This document shows, one piece after another, positions 39,111 through 48,026 of a DNA stretch of 64,000 nucleotides (positions are counted from its first letter, which is position 1; the number at the start of each line of letters is the position of its first letter). The translations under genes were made by a program, and so were the position numbers. Under the pieces are notes generated by a model. It was not told the origin of the DNA. It did no database searches and saw nothing but the letters and a program-made list of their open reading frames with translations. The DNA is from a virus. Taxonomy: Duplodnaviria; Caudoviricetes. The DNA lies in the IMG/VR virus record IMGVR_UViG_2603880160_000004, positions 33,477 through 97,476 of that record, one strand, 5' to 3'.

Positions 39111-40130
39111 CTAAAAGTCCCTTACCAACGGAGGATAATGAGATAAACTCGGTGGTAGTTGTCCTGTAATCTTACTAATCAACTCGTAACAAACCCTTAC
39201 ATTATGTTCCACTTTATCTTCAATCAATCTATACAACTCACTATAATCCTTACCCTTTAACCTTTCAACATTGTCTATAATTCCCCTAATCCTATCCTTA
39301 TAATCTGGTTCACTATCAAATGAGTAATCAAAGATTTCATCATATAGTTCAAACCCATAACCCTTTAGAGTTTTATGTGTATCTTTGGCACATAGGGTAA
39401 GGAATGGTTGTCCTATGAACAATTGTCTATAGGTCTTCTCTGTTATGAATAGGGCATCAATATCACTCTCTGTTACCACATTCACAAAACATTTCATATC
39501 AAAGATGTTTGTTGTGAACTCTCTATTTGTTTCATACTCAAATTCATCCAACATCATCTTCTTATCATCAAAACAACTAAAGGTATAATGACCTAATCTT
39601 TCTTTACCATGTCCAAACTTAGAAGTCTCAATCCAACTATATAGATTATCCTTTAGTAAATCCCTTTTACATAACTCATCCATCATCTCACATCTATGGT
39701 ATCTTGACTTATTATTATAACATATCATTAGATACTTAAAGTCCTTATTAATCCTATGGGTTGAATATTCTTTTATTAGATTGATATATACACGAAACAT
39801 TAGATAAGTGCTCCAATATACTATATGGAAATTAGGTATAGGGTATGTTGTAAAGTTTGAGAATACTTCATTATATTCACACCCCACGATTAGATAGAAC
39901 CTTATGTTTCTTTCCTTTAGAATACATCCCAATTCATTTAATAGTTCATCCCCAGTAAACTCCTGACCATAATTTAGATATCCCTCATACCATGATACCT
40001 TATACTCCGATTGATTCCCATATATAACCACATCATAATCTCCTCCCTTAATTAAATCTATTATGGGTCTTAAGGTATAATCCTTTACCTTATCAAGTGT
40101 TTCGAAATGGGTGTACAATATCCTATCCAT
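39111..40130 (-). CDS. putative glycosyltransferase-fold protein
   Basis: VNVVTES..FITEKT..GQPF..GFELYDEIFDYSFD; start moved to MDRIL. Confidence 0.5.
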   Translation of the reverse strand: MDRILYTHFETLDKVKDYTLRPIIDLIKGGDYDVVIYGNQSEYKVSWYEGYLNYGQEFTGDELLNELGCILKERNIRFYLIVGCEYNEVFSNFTTYPIPNFHIVYWSTYLMFRVYINLIKEYSTHRINKDFKYLMICYNNKSRYHRCEMMDELCKRDLLKDNLYSWIETSKFGHGKERLGHYTFSCFDDKKMMLDEFEYETNREFTTNIFDMKCFVNVVTESDIDALFITEKTYRQLFIGQPFLTLCAKDTHKTLKGYGFELYDEIFDYSFDSEPDYKDRIRGIIDNVERLKGKDYSELYRLIEDKVEHNVRVCYELISKITGQLPPSLSHYPPLVRDF

Positions 40131-40163
40131 ATTAATATATATCCCACGAATTATAATAATATA

Positions 40164-40286
40164 TCTGACTGAGGACATCTAGTCGCTTTAGAGATTATAC
40201 CTATTTGGGATATAGTATCTACGTTCGGAAGCCGGTTTTGGTGGTTGTTTTCGTACGCCGGAATCCCCATTCACGGTGTTGTGGGT
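40164..40286. repeat. bipartite intergenic repeat, copy 1
   Basis: TCTGACTGAGGACATCTAGTC and TTGTTTTCGTACGCCGGAATCCCCATTCAC; also at 43010-43205. Confidence 0.85.
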
Positions 40287-40299
40287 TATAAATGACCCT

Positions 40300-40836
40300 T
40301 TATATTAATGTTCTGTAAACGTTTTTACCTCTTCTTAATTCATCATATAAACGAATTTCAGGTCTTATTATAAGTTTAAGTAAACCCCATAGATAAGGTT
40401 CTTGATCAATAATATCCTTTTCAGTTACCGTTATATCCGTTCTATGATTAGTTTTGGTGTATGTACGAACATCTACAATCTTTTCTAAAAAGTTATTTAA
40501 GTTTGTCAATTCAACAAACGTTACATTTGGATTAAACTTACAATACAAATTTAACATCTGAAAACGATTTGTATTAAAATGTGGATCAACATTTAATAAC
40601 ATATTTTCCATTGTTTCTTTAAGTGTGGGAGTTGGGTCATATCTTAGACTAACATTTATTGCCCCAATTAAATTATCTTTTGGATTTCTCATAATAATAT
40701 ACAGAGGTTTATCTTTATATTTTTCATTTGTAAATAAATCCACATAAGTTAATTCACCTATATATGTTAACTTTTCATCTAAGAACCTTGTTCCTGTCTT
40801 TGGGAACGATATGATATTATCATTGTATAGTTTCAT
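40300..40836 (-). CDS. sulfotransferase-like protein
   Basis: FPKTGTR PAPS-loop-like motif; IIMRNPKD. Confidence 0.5.
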   Translation of the reverse strand: MKLYNDNIISFPKTGTRFLDEKLTYIGELTYVDLFTNEKYKDKPLYIIMRNPKDNLIGAINVSLRYDPTPTLKETMENMLLNVDPHFNTNRFQMLNLYCKFNPNVTFVELTNLNNFLEKIVDVRTYTKTNHRTDITVTEKDIIDQEPYLWGLLKLIIRPEIRLYDELRRGKNVYRTLI

Positions 40837-40848
40837 TATATATAAATA

Positions 40849-41094
40849 TTAATCCTTGAATATATCTTTGAACCATCTATATACCTTTAATATGAATGGT
40901 TCCTTCTTTCTCTTCTCCCTTATTTGGTTTGCAAGTTGTAGTATGGTATTTTCATAAGATTCCACCCCGAATAAGGGTTCCATCACCTTTCGGTACATAT
41001 CCATCGTATCCCCTATATGTAGGTCATATACGGTGTTCTTTACTGTAGTTGTCTCGTTGAATAACTTGAATGATAGTTGAATAGGTATTTTCAT
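40849..41094 (-). CDS. hypothetical protein
   Basis: 81-aa ORF. Confidence 0.5.
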   Translation of the reverse strand: MKIPIQLSFKLFNETTTVKNTVYDLHIGDTMDMYRKVMEPLFGVESYENTILQLANQIREKRKKEPFILKVYRWFKDIFKD

Positions 41095-41132
41095 ACCACA
41101 AATATACTAGTATGAATTGGAATATCCTAATA

Positions 41133-41492
41133 TTATCTTAGGTGTATTCTAAAATGTTTAAACTTTTCTGATATTTTTCTCCACATTACCTGATATATGG
41201 CGTCATATCCATTTACCTCGAAATACCTTTCCACCCCATCGGACCCAATCTCATATAACTTTATCTTGGGTGTCTTATCATCAGATGTAACAAACAGAAT
41301 GGTACTATTATGTTCCACACCTATTCCCACACTTAATTGGTAGTCGTTATTAAGTTCATATTTAATCTTATACCCTAATGCTGGAATGAATATAACCCCT
41401 GACCTTAACGCCCTGAATATGGTTTTAACCCTCTTCTTCTCCTTTGGGACCTCTATCTCAGCATCCTCGTTGATTATATCTAATAGTTTCAT
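41133..41492 (-). CDS. MKLLDIINE-tag single-domain protein
   Basis: KRVKTIFRALRSG..YEL..KFKHF. Confidence 0.65.
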   Translation of the reverse strand: MKLLDIINEDAEIEVPKEKKRVKTIFRALRSGVIFIPALGYKIKYELNNDYQLSVGIGVEHNSTILFVTSDDKTPKIKLYEIGSDGVERYFEVNGYDAIYQVMWRKISEKFKHFRIHLR

Positions 41493-42974
41493 TTAAAATA
41501 AAAAATTAATTTGGAATTGTTTGAATTTATTCTCTATATTATCCTTCATCCACTGATACAGGTGAGTTCTTATTGAACCATCTATGTATTTCTCTATCAT
41601 TTCCCCCGTTTCATGATTTTTGTGCACATAATACATCTTCATTTTTTGTTGGGGATTCATGGTTAGAACAATATTTAACACACCGTCACCAGATACACTT
41701 ACATAATACTCATCAGGAAGAACGTATTTGTACGTTCCACCATGTTCATTATGTTGTCTATCACCTTCTACAGTGAACTTTCCCGTCTTAAACGCACGAT
41801 AGAATATTCTCGCCCTTTTCTTCTGTTCTTTGGTTGGGTAGGTGTAATCATCAGTAATAACCACATCATCCTGTTCGTTTAACTCTCTCTTTAAATCGGT
41901 GTCCACATTATCTGAAATTATTGGTGGATGATGTACTATAACCTTAAATTGTTCGAACCTCTTTCTAATTTTATGTGCCATTAAATCTGCACTAATAATT
42001 CTACACGCTCTATTCAGTTCCACAATCTTAACCTCAGGTGTAAAAATGATAATATTACCATCGTCTATTCTCACAGAGATGTCAGTGGACAACTCATAAG
42101 TAAATCTTGGTTCATTGGGTTTATCATCGGATCCTATGGTTCCCTTATTTAATGCCTTAAATATAAGTTTCCCCTTTCTGATTAGTTTATCCTCTTTGGA
42201 TTCGTTTATAGGTTCTTTCGGTTTATCTAAAACAAACTTCATACCCCTTTTATTAACTTGTACACTAACGTTAAAATTATCAAATTTACTTTTAAGTTTA
42301 TCCACGAACATTTCCCTTAAATGAAAACCCGTCGGGTTCCTTGACATGGAATCTAAATCGTTTGTACATTTATCTACAATATCTTCATCATCACAGTAAA
42401 TAGTTATACCCTCACCAGGAAAGTTATCGGTAACAATGGTAAGATGCTTTTCCATCATAGTATAATGTTCCCATTTATATGATACGTTATCTATATTATA
42501 CCTAAACTTGATGATTTCGTCTGTTCTTGGGTGTTGAACCTTTACTACACCCTTTTTAAGTGCTTTGAAAATGGTTCTTACCCTCTTTTCCTCACTCGGA
42601 TCTTCTTTCGTTAATAACTTCGCATCTTCACTTAACTCCCACGGTTTTTTTCCTTGGAACTTATGTATGTTGTCTTTACTTGGTGGTCTTAAATCTGTGG
42701 TAATATAGAACTTACGAAATCTATTCTCTATTAACTCCGTCATATACCTTTCATTTATCGGACAATAGGTATTTTCTATTATCTTGGAAACGGATCCGTA
42801 TAGTTCTAATTCCCCGTTTCTTACCATCATCTCCACATTGTTATCTAATACATAACTAAACGATACTCCATCAGTACGTGTGATTGTTCCCTCCTTAAAT
42901 GCCTTAAAGATTGTCTTTCCTCTCTTTAATAACCTTTCTTCTTCGGATTCGTTTATAATGTCTAAAAACTTCAT
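41493..42974 (-). CDS. MKFLDIINE-tag protein with four tandem domain repeats
   Basis: Four copies of (R/K)xKxIFKAxxxG..Y.L..(K/R)Fxx(F/Y). Confidence 0.75.
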   Translation of the reverse strand: MKFLDIINESEEERLLKRGKTIFKAFKEGTITRTDGVSFSYVLDNNVEMMVRNGELELYGSVSKIIENTYCPINERYMTELIENRFRKFYITTDLRPPSKDNIHKFQGKKPWELSEDAKLLTKEDPSEEKRVRTIFKALKKGVVKVQHPRTDEIIKFRYNIDNVSYKWEHYTMMEKHLTIVTDNFPGEGITIYCDDEDIVDKCTNDLDSMSRNPTGFHLREMFVDKLKSKFDNFNVSVQVNKRGMKFVLDKPKEPINESKEDKLIRKGKLIFKALNKGTIGSDDKPNEPRFTYELSTDISVRIDDGNIIIFTPEVKIVELNRACRIISADLMAHKIRKRFEQFKVIVHHPPIISDNVDTDLKRELNEQDDVVITDDYTYPTKEQKKRARIFYRAFKTGKFTVEGDRQHNEHGGTYKYVLPDEYYVSVSGDGVLNIVLTMNPQQKMKMYYVHKNHETGEMIEKYIDGSIRTHLYQWMKDNIENKFKQFQINFLF

Positions 42975-43009
42975 TGTATATAAATATCCATTTAATTGAT
43001 AATATTATT

Positions 43010-43205
43010 TCTGACTGAGGACATCTAGTCACTTTCGAATTATATGTATTTGGATATAATATGTAAAGTAATTAAGTGATTATATGTAAAGTGATATAGT
43101 TGTATGCTGGTTTTCTCGTGCATTAAGATGGTTATTTGTGGTTTGTGCGTGATATATCCATCATTGTTTTCGTACGCCGGAATCCCCATTCACAGTAGTG
43201 TGGGT
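43010..43205. repeat. bipartite intergenic repeat, copy 2
   Basis: Same two blocks as 40164-40286, with a longer spacer. Confidence 0.85.
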
Positions 43206-43207
43206 CT

Positions 43208-43537
43208 TTATTGTGTCTCTCTTAATGTGTTTATCATTTGTCCCATCGTATTCCAATAATCTATATGTATTGTATGTGACGTAATCTCTCCACCCCTTAT
43301 GGTGTAGGTGACCACGATATTAGAAGCCTCTAATGGATATGCGTTGACGGTTCCCGCCACAATATTACCGTCACCATAAGTGTAATCCACCATCTTATAT
43401 GTTGCGGTTGTTGTTGTGATTTCATATCTAATTACATTATTGACATAATCATTGAAATATCTGAGTGCTTCAATGGACATTTGACCGTTAAAGTTTATTG
43501 TATCGTTCTTAGATAAAAATTTAAAATCTTTCATCAT
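43208..43537 (-). CDS. FKF-tag protein
   Basis: MMKDFKFL; similar to 44694..44990. Confidence 0.7.
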   Translation of the reverse strand: MMKDFKFLSKNDTINFNGQMSIEALRYFNDYVNNVIRYEITTTTATYKMVDYTYGDGNIVAGTVNAYPLEASNIVVTYTIRGGEITSHTIHIDYWNTMGQMINTLRETQ

Positions 43538-43923
43538 CGTCTTGGGTTTATAAAGTTATATGTATCAACTAATATCTCCTGATTTGTTGCTCCACCCATT
43601 TCCCACAGTTCAAATACTCCATATACCAAATCTGAATAAGCGCTATGAACAAATCTCCTTATCTCTTCGTGGGTTGTTATATGACCTCCATTAATAAATC
43701 CAACCGTTCTATTATATAAATCTGCCGATTCATTAAATAATGGATGATTTTCATTAAATATATTATAATGTGAAGCATAATGAGAATCCAATCTTCTATG
43801 GTATTCTTTTAGAAAACGAAGATTGCCAGTTAAACTGATTGTTTGATAATGATTTGGATTGATTTCTCTACCATACATATCCAACATAGATTTCACCCCC
43901 GATAAAAATTTAAATTGTTTCAT
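43534..43923 (-). CDS. FKF-tag protein
   Basis: MKQFKFL. Confidence 0.7.
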   Translation of the reverse strand: MKQFKFLSGVKSMLDMYGREINPNHYQTISLTGNLRFLKEYHRRLDSHYASHYNIFNENHPLFNESADLYNRTVGFINGGHITTHEEIRRFVHSAYSDLVYGVFELWEMGGATNQEILVDTYNFINPRR

Positions 43924-44143
43924 TTACAGTTTGCATTTGGTAATCAATCCAACCTCTATTCCACATATAGGCATATTGTGTATTTGCGTAACGATTATCA
44001 ATTATCTGATTTCCCACCATAGCACATAAATAACCAGCCTTATATACCTCTCTCATTAAAGGACATACTAAATCATCAGGATATGGAATAGTATTAGTTC
44101 CTGTTGATTTGTTATTACTTAAAAATTTAAATTGTTTTATCAT
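43910..44143 (-). CDS. FKF-tag RMF-like protein
   Basis: VYKAGYLCAMVG..NRY...MWNRGW. Confidence 0.65.
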   Translation of the reverse strand: MIKQFKFLSNNKSTGTNTIPYPDDLVCPLMREVYKAGYLCAMVGNQIIDNRYANTQYAYMWNRGWIDYQMQTVNETI

Positions 44144-44481
44144 ATTCCTGTTATATCTATTCTTCTTAAAAATTCTTCTTCATTCATCCTAAATGTGAAA
44201 TTTCTTGCTGTTGTGTTTATCTCTATCACACTATAATTAATCTCAACCGTAGGTGATAGTGAATTTAAATCCCAATTTCTCCAACCTGTAATTCTCAACC
44301 TACAATTATTAATTGGAACATTCACCATAGATAATTCAGTACCAAAATCACTAAGCATTTCTATATTATGATATTGTAACCACCTTATCACATTGATTAG
44401 AGCATCATCCATATTAAACATCAGATACATATTACCTGGTGGTTGTATTGGTATTGGTTTTTGAAAAAATTTAAAGTCCAT
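44140..44481 (-). CDS. FKF-tag protein
   Basis: MDFKFF. Confidence 0.7.
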   Translation of the reverse strand: MDFKFFQKPIPIQPPGNMYLMFNMDDALINVIRWLQYHNIEMLSDFGTELSMVNVPINNCRLRITGWRNWDLNSLSPTVEINYSVIEINTTARNFTFRMNEEEFLRRIDITGI

Positions 44482-44707
44482 TGTTTGCTCTTTGTTGTGC
44501 GTCTCTTAATATATCATATGAATGTTCTAATTCCCATCCCTCGTCAAATGCGTCAGATAATTCTAATCTTAAAAATGGATTATAATCTACGCTGCGTCCT
44601 TCTAAATAAGCTCGTCTTCCAATATCTATGGCACGAACAATTTCATCCTCCGTTGGGGTGATATAATCATCTTTCTTATTATTGTTTAGGAATTTAAATG
44701 TTTTCAA
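44471..44707 (-). CDS. FKF-tag RMF-like protein
   Basis: GRRAYLEG..NPF...AFDEGW. Confidence 0.65.
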   Translation of the reverse strand: MKTFKFLNNNKKDDYITPTEDEIVRAIDIGRRAYLEGRSVDYNPFLRLELSDAFDEGWELEHSYDILRDAQQRANNGL

Positions 44708-44990
44708 TAGTATGATTTGTTATGAATGCAAATGTATTTGCTACGGTTACCCAATATGTTATTATCATGTTAGTATCTCTATTAGGATATACTTTAACAA
44801 CAGCACGTGATAATTGTCCGAGTTCATATGTTGTTTCGGTAATAATATATTTGGCATCAAATGTTTCTGATATATATGTGTCTCTATATCTATTGTTAAT
44901 ATAATCATAAACCATTCCAATAACATGTCGTGACCATTCACCATTATATTCAATTGGTTTTGCTTTAGTTAAAAATTTAAATCTCTGCAT
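44694..44990 (-). CDS. FKF-tag protein
   Basis: MQRFKFL. Confidence 0.7.
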   Translation of the reverse strand: MQRFKFLTKAKPIEYNGEWSRHVIGMVYDYINNRYRDTYISETFDAKYIITETTYELGQLSRAVVKVYPNRDTNMIITYWVTVANTFAFITNHTIENI

Positions 44991-45282
44991 TTGGTGTAAA
45001 TGTTAATGTTACGTTAATATATTCCGCTTCTCGTCTTGGTAATTGGAATATTTGATTTCCCCTTATTTCAATTATGTCCGCCATATGGAATGATTCCTCG
45101 TGTTCGTGTATTAAATTTCCAGTGAGTGGAAGACGTGTATCATTATTCATAAAAATCATTGTTCTATACCTTCCTTGAACATCTTCATGAAATTTAATGG
45201 GACTAACACCGATGAATGTAAATCCTTCAACATCATATTGTCTTGGATTGAAAGGGGTTCTAAAAAATTTAAATGTTTTCAT
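44977..45282 (-). CDS. FKF-tag protein
   Basis: MKTFKFF. Confidence 0.7.
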   Translation of the reverse strand: MKTFKFFRTPFNPRQYDVEGFTFIGVSPIKFHEDVQGRYRTMIFMNNDTRLPLTGNLIHEHEESFHMADIIEIRGNQIFQLPRREAEYINVTLTFTPNAEI

Positions 45283-45598
45283 ATCTTTGCATTACTTCGT
45301 TAAACACATCCTCAGCAAGATGAAATGTGTGTTGGTTTATTCCGTTTCTGTCATATAATTCATATCTTATCCTCACATGTCTGGATTCAAAATAATCATG
45401 ACTTATTACATCATTAATCACCAAATGTCTAATAAAACCATTCTCCGCGAATTGATGTTGATATCCAACCGGTATTAAATGCATTCTATAACAATAACTT
45501 ATTAATCCTAATACCATATTCTCATATACATTTAGATGATAGAGTGGATCATCTTCAATGTTGATTTTGTTTTCTGTAAAAAATTTAAATGCTTTCAT
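45269..45598 (-). CDS. FKF-tag protein
   Basis: MKAFKFF. Confidence 0.7.
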   Translation of the reverse strand: MKAFKFFTENKINIEDDPLYHLNVYENMVLGLISYCYRMHLIPVGYQHQFAENGFIRHLVINDVISHDYFESRHVRIRYELYDRNGINQHTFHLAEDVFNEVMQRYENI

Positions 45599-46056
45599 TG
45601 TCTTAAAGTTAAACCAACTTCATCAACTAGTTGGTGAATATGGTCTATAGTTTCATTATATCCGCTTGATAATATATCGTGGATTCTATCCGTTAAAATA
45701 TAATCATCAAATGTTAGTCCATAACAATCATCAATCCGTGTTATTGATCTATATCTTGTGGTTTGATTGTTATTTCCGTTAAGATGTGTAAAATCTCTAT
45801 TGGTTATAATGAAAACACTACTTCTGTCAAATGTTTCATTTCTCCAATTATTGAAATCCCCCACGGATGATGCTATTACCGCACATTCTCTTGTACGCAG
45901 TGCGCCGTATAGTGAATTCCTAAGAATATGAAAGTCATTATCAGGTGGACCCAATGGTTGAACCGGCACAAGGTCTTGAGCGATGGTTCTTCCTGCACCT
46001 CTTCTTACTATCGGAAGAAAATAATCTTCTTTCTGGAAAAATTTAAATGGTTTCAT
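45595..46056 (-). CDS. FKF-tag protein with gp23/Gol-like segment
   Basis: MKPFKFF; LPIVRRGAGRTIAQDLVPVQPL. Confidence 0.7.
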   Translation of the reverse strand: MKPFKFFQKEDYFLPIVRRGAGRTIAQDLVPVQPLGPPDNDFHILRNSLYGALRTRECAVIASSVGDFNNWRNETFDRSSVFIITNRDFTHLNGNNNQTTRYRSITRIDDCYGLTFDDYILTDRIHDILSSGYNETIDHIHQLVDEVGLTLRQ

Positions 46057-46408
46057 TGTCTCTTATTACTCCTCTGAATATTAGTGGTCTATCCTTTGGC
46101 ATATCATCAAAATTATCTTGGTTGTAATGTATCATATTACTTATGTTTGTGTTGTCCACAAATTCATATACAAATATAATCTTATCTCTACTCATTTCCA
46201 TAAAATGATTGTATGAATTGATATATCTATTTGTAACTGTCACCGTCATCGTCTTTAATTCCTCGGTATAAAAATTTCCATCCCATCTATTTTCCATATA
46301 GAATATTACACCCACCGGTCTATACATCCATTGTAATTGACCGAGGTAATCACTCCTTAAATACCATTTTCTCTCTATATTCTTTTGGAAAAACTTAAAT
46401 GGTCTCAT
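46043..46408 (-). CDS. FKF-tag protein
   Basis: Start moved to MRPFKFF. Confidence 0.7.
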   Translation of the reverse strand: MRPFKFFQKNIERKWYLRSDYLGQLQWMYRPVGVIFYMENRWDGNFYTEELKTMTVTVTNRYINSYNHFMEMSRDKIIFVYEFVDNTNISNMIHYNQDNFDDMPKDRPLIFRGVIRDNETI

Positions 46409-46739
46409 ATAAAGATATATTTTCTTGAGTGGTAAAATCACAATAATATTCTGTATCAGGAAACTTTACACTATATTCTATCACTATTCTATTAGGTATG
46501 TTAAAATATGGTACAATATTATTTATCTTATAGAAATAAGTTACCCCTTCACCAATTTCGTTTTCTACTCTATACTCTACTGATGAAAATAATATCATAT
46601 TCTCCCTATGTAAACCCACCGCTACTTCCATTATATGTCCATACATATCTAATGGGATGCTGTAGGTTGTATTTGTATCCTTGGTGATTATTAGAATATA
46701 TTGTATTCTTGTCCCCAAAAAGAATTTAAATGGTTTCAT
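46395..46739 (-). CDS. FKF-tag protein
   Basis: MKPFKFF. Confidence 0.7.
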   Translation of the reverse strand: MKPFKFFLGTRIQYILIITKDTNTTYSIPLDMYGHIMEVAVGLHRENMILFSSVEYRVENEIGEGVTYFYKINNIVPYFNIPNRIVIEYSVKFPDTEYYCDFTTQENISLYETI

Positions 46740-47020
46740 ATGTAACCTCCATTTCTTACAAGTTCATCGTGACCAATTACATTTACCGCATTGTCGAATC
46801 TTTCTCGTAATAGTTCCAGTAATCTATCCCTATTCATATGATCATCCCACATTCTCATGTAACCCCTGTTGACACAATTCAATCGGGATCTGATTTGATA
46901 TGAAGAGTGATGTGTTTGAATGCGGAACATATATCCGTCTATTTCAATATCCACCCATCTTAATCCTATGTATGGATTTTCTTCTTCTATTTCTCTAAAA
47001 AATTTAAATGGTCTAATCAT
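46736..47020 (-). CDS. FKF-tag protein
   Basis: MIRPFKFF. Confidence 0.7.
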   Translation of the reverse strand: MIRPFKFFREIEEENPYIGLRWVDIEIDGYMFRIQTHHSSYQIRSRLNCVNRGYMRMWDDHMNRDRLLELLRERFDNAVNVIGHDELVRNGGYI

Positions 47021-47231
47021 TTCTTCTTTTTAATTCATTATCTAATATAATATACCACTCGGTTGCCGTTCTCCCATCTTTTTGATTAGGCAATGTACCA
47101 TTAGTTACCAAAAGTTTCATTATTCGTTTGATATAATCTGTGCTTATGGTTTCCAATGGATGCATCAATCCACCGTATGTTCTCCATTTAGGTGGGGGTG
47201 TCCCTTTAAAAAATTTAAAATCCATAGTCAT
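47013..47231 (-). CDS. FKF-tag protein, paralog of 55587..55823
   Basis: MTMDFKFF; WRT.GG..EW..IL.NEL.RR. Confidence 0.65.
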   Translation of the reverse strand: MTMDFKFFKGTPPPKWRTYGGLMHPLETISTDYIKRIMKLLVTNGTLPNQKDGRTATEWYIILDNELKRRND

Positions 47232-47613
47232 GTTCTTCCCATTTACATTTTTCATAAATAATATGATTAATCTCCGCTTCAACATCAATACTCATCCAAG
47301 CACCCGCTGCAAGTTCTTGTATATATCTTCTTATTGTTACACTATTCGTATGAACCGCAACCTCATCGATCTTCCTTCTAATATCATAATCACTATAAGA
47401 ATTATATTTGTCCCTATATAATTTGGTCATAACAATAATCAATATATTTTTAACCCTGTCATTATCCATTAGATTATTATCCTGAATATATTTGTATGTG
47501 ATGTCCAATACACCAATCAATAATGGAACATTTGTTGCATCGTCTAACAAACCGGTTAGTTGCCAATTTATTCTTGTTTCGTTTGATCTAAAAAATTTGA
47601 AGTCCTTTATCAT
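47215..47613 (-). CDS. FKF-tag protein, first gene of the operon
   Basis: Start moved to MIKDFKFF; TATATTTG promoter at 47621-47628. Confidence 0.7.
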   Translation of the reverse strand: MIKDFKFFRSNETRINWQLTGLLDDATNVPLLIGVLDITYKYIQDNNLMDNDRVKNILIIVMTKLYRDKYNSYSDYDIRRKIDEVAVHTNSVTIRRYIQELAAGAWMSIDVEAEINHIIYEKCKWEEHDYGF

Positions 47614-47699
47614 ATCATAACAAATATACAAAAAATATTTTGTAATATAAAAAATCCCCACCGAATTAACGATGAGGACTATTTCTTAATTTATTGCTG

Positions 47700-48020
47700 T
47701 TACATAAAGTTTCTGTAGTTCTCAATATCCTTTATACCTTTGAATAAACTTTCCGCTAAATTTGCATCAGATAATATTTTCTGAAAGTTCAAATCTATCT
47801 CCTCTTTATGTTTGAGTATTAGGTATCTACCTTCTGTCCAATTATCTTTATTGGTATGTGATATGTCTTTAAGAAGATAATCTAAAATATCCTCCAAAAA
47901 CATTGGAAATCCTGTTATGTATTGTGGATGGGAATATGATTCTCCCGCCGCGTCTTCATAACTACAATCTTCAACAAATTCTTTTATATCTTCAAGGTGG
48001 TTGTTTAATTCTGGTTTCAT
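47700..48020 (-). CDS. hypothetical protein
   Basis: Follows the helicase; terminator-like hairpin near 47650-47680. Confidence 0.6.
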   Translation of the reverse strand: MKPELNNHLEDIKEFVEDCSYEDAAGESYSHPQYITGFPMFLEDILDYLLKDISHTNKDNWTEGRYLILKHKEEIDLNFQKILSDANLAESLFKGIKDIENYRNFM

Positions 48021-48026
48021 ATTAAT

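Noticed and set aside
43208-47613. FKF tag as a T4-style capsid-targeting sequence (MKTFKEF)
   Set aside because: It lacks the Glu cleavage site, the genes use host-type promoters, and one copy is C-terminal on a membrane protein; not fully excluded
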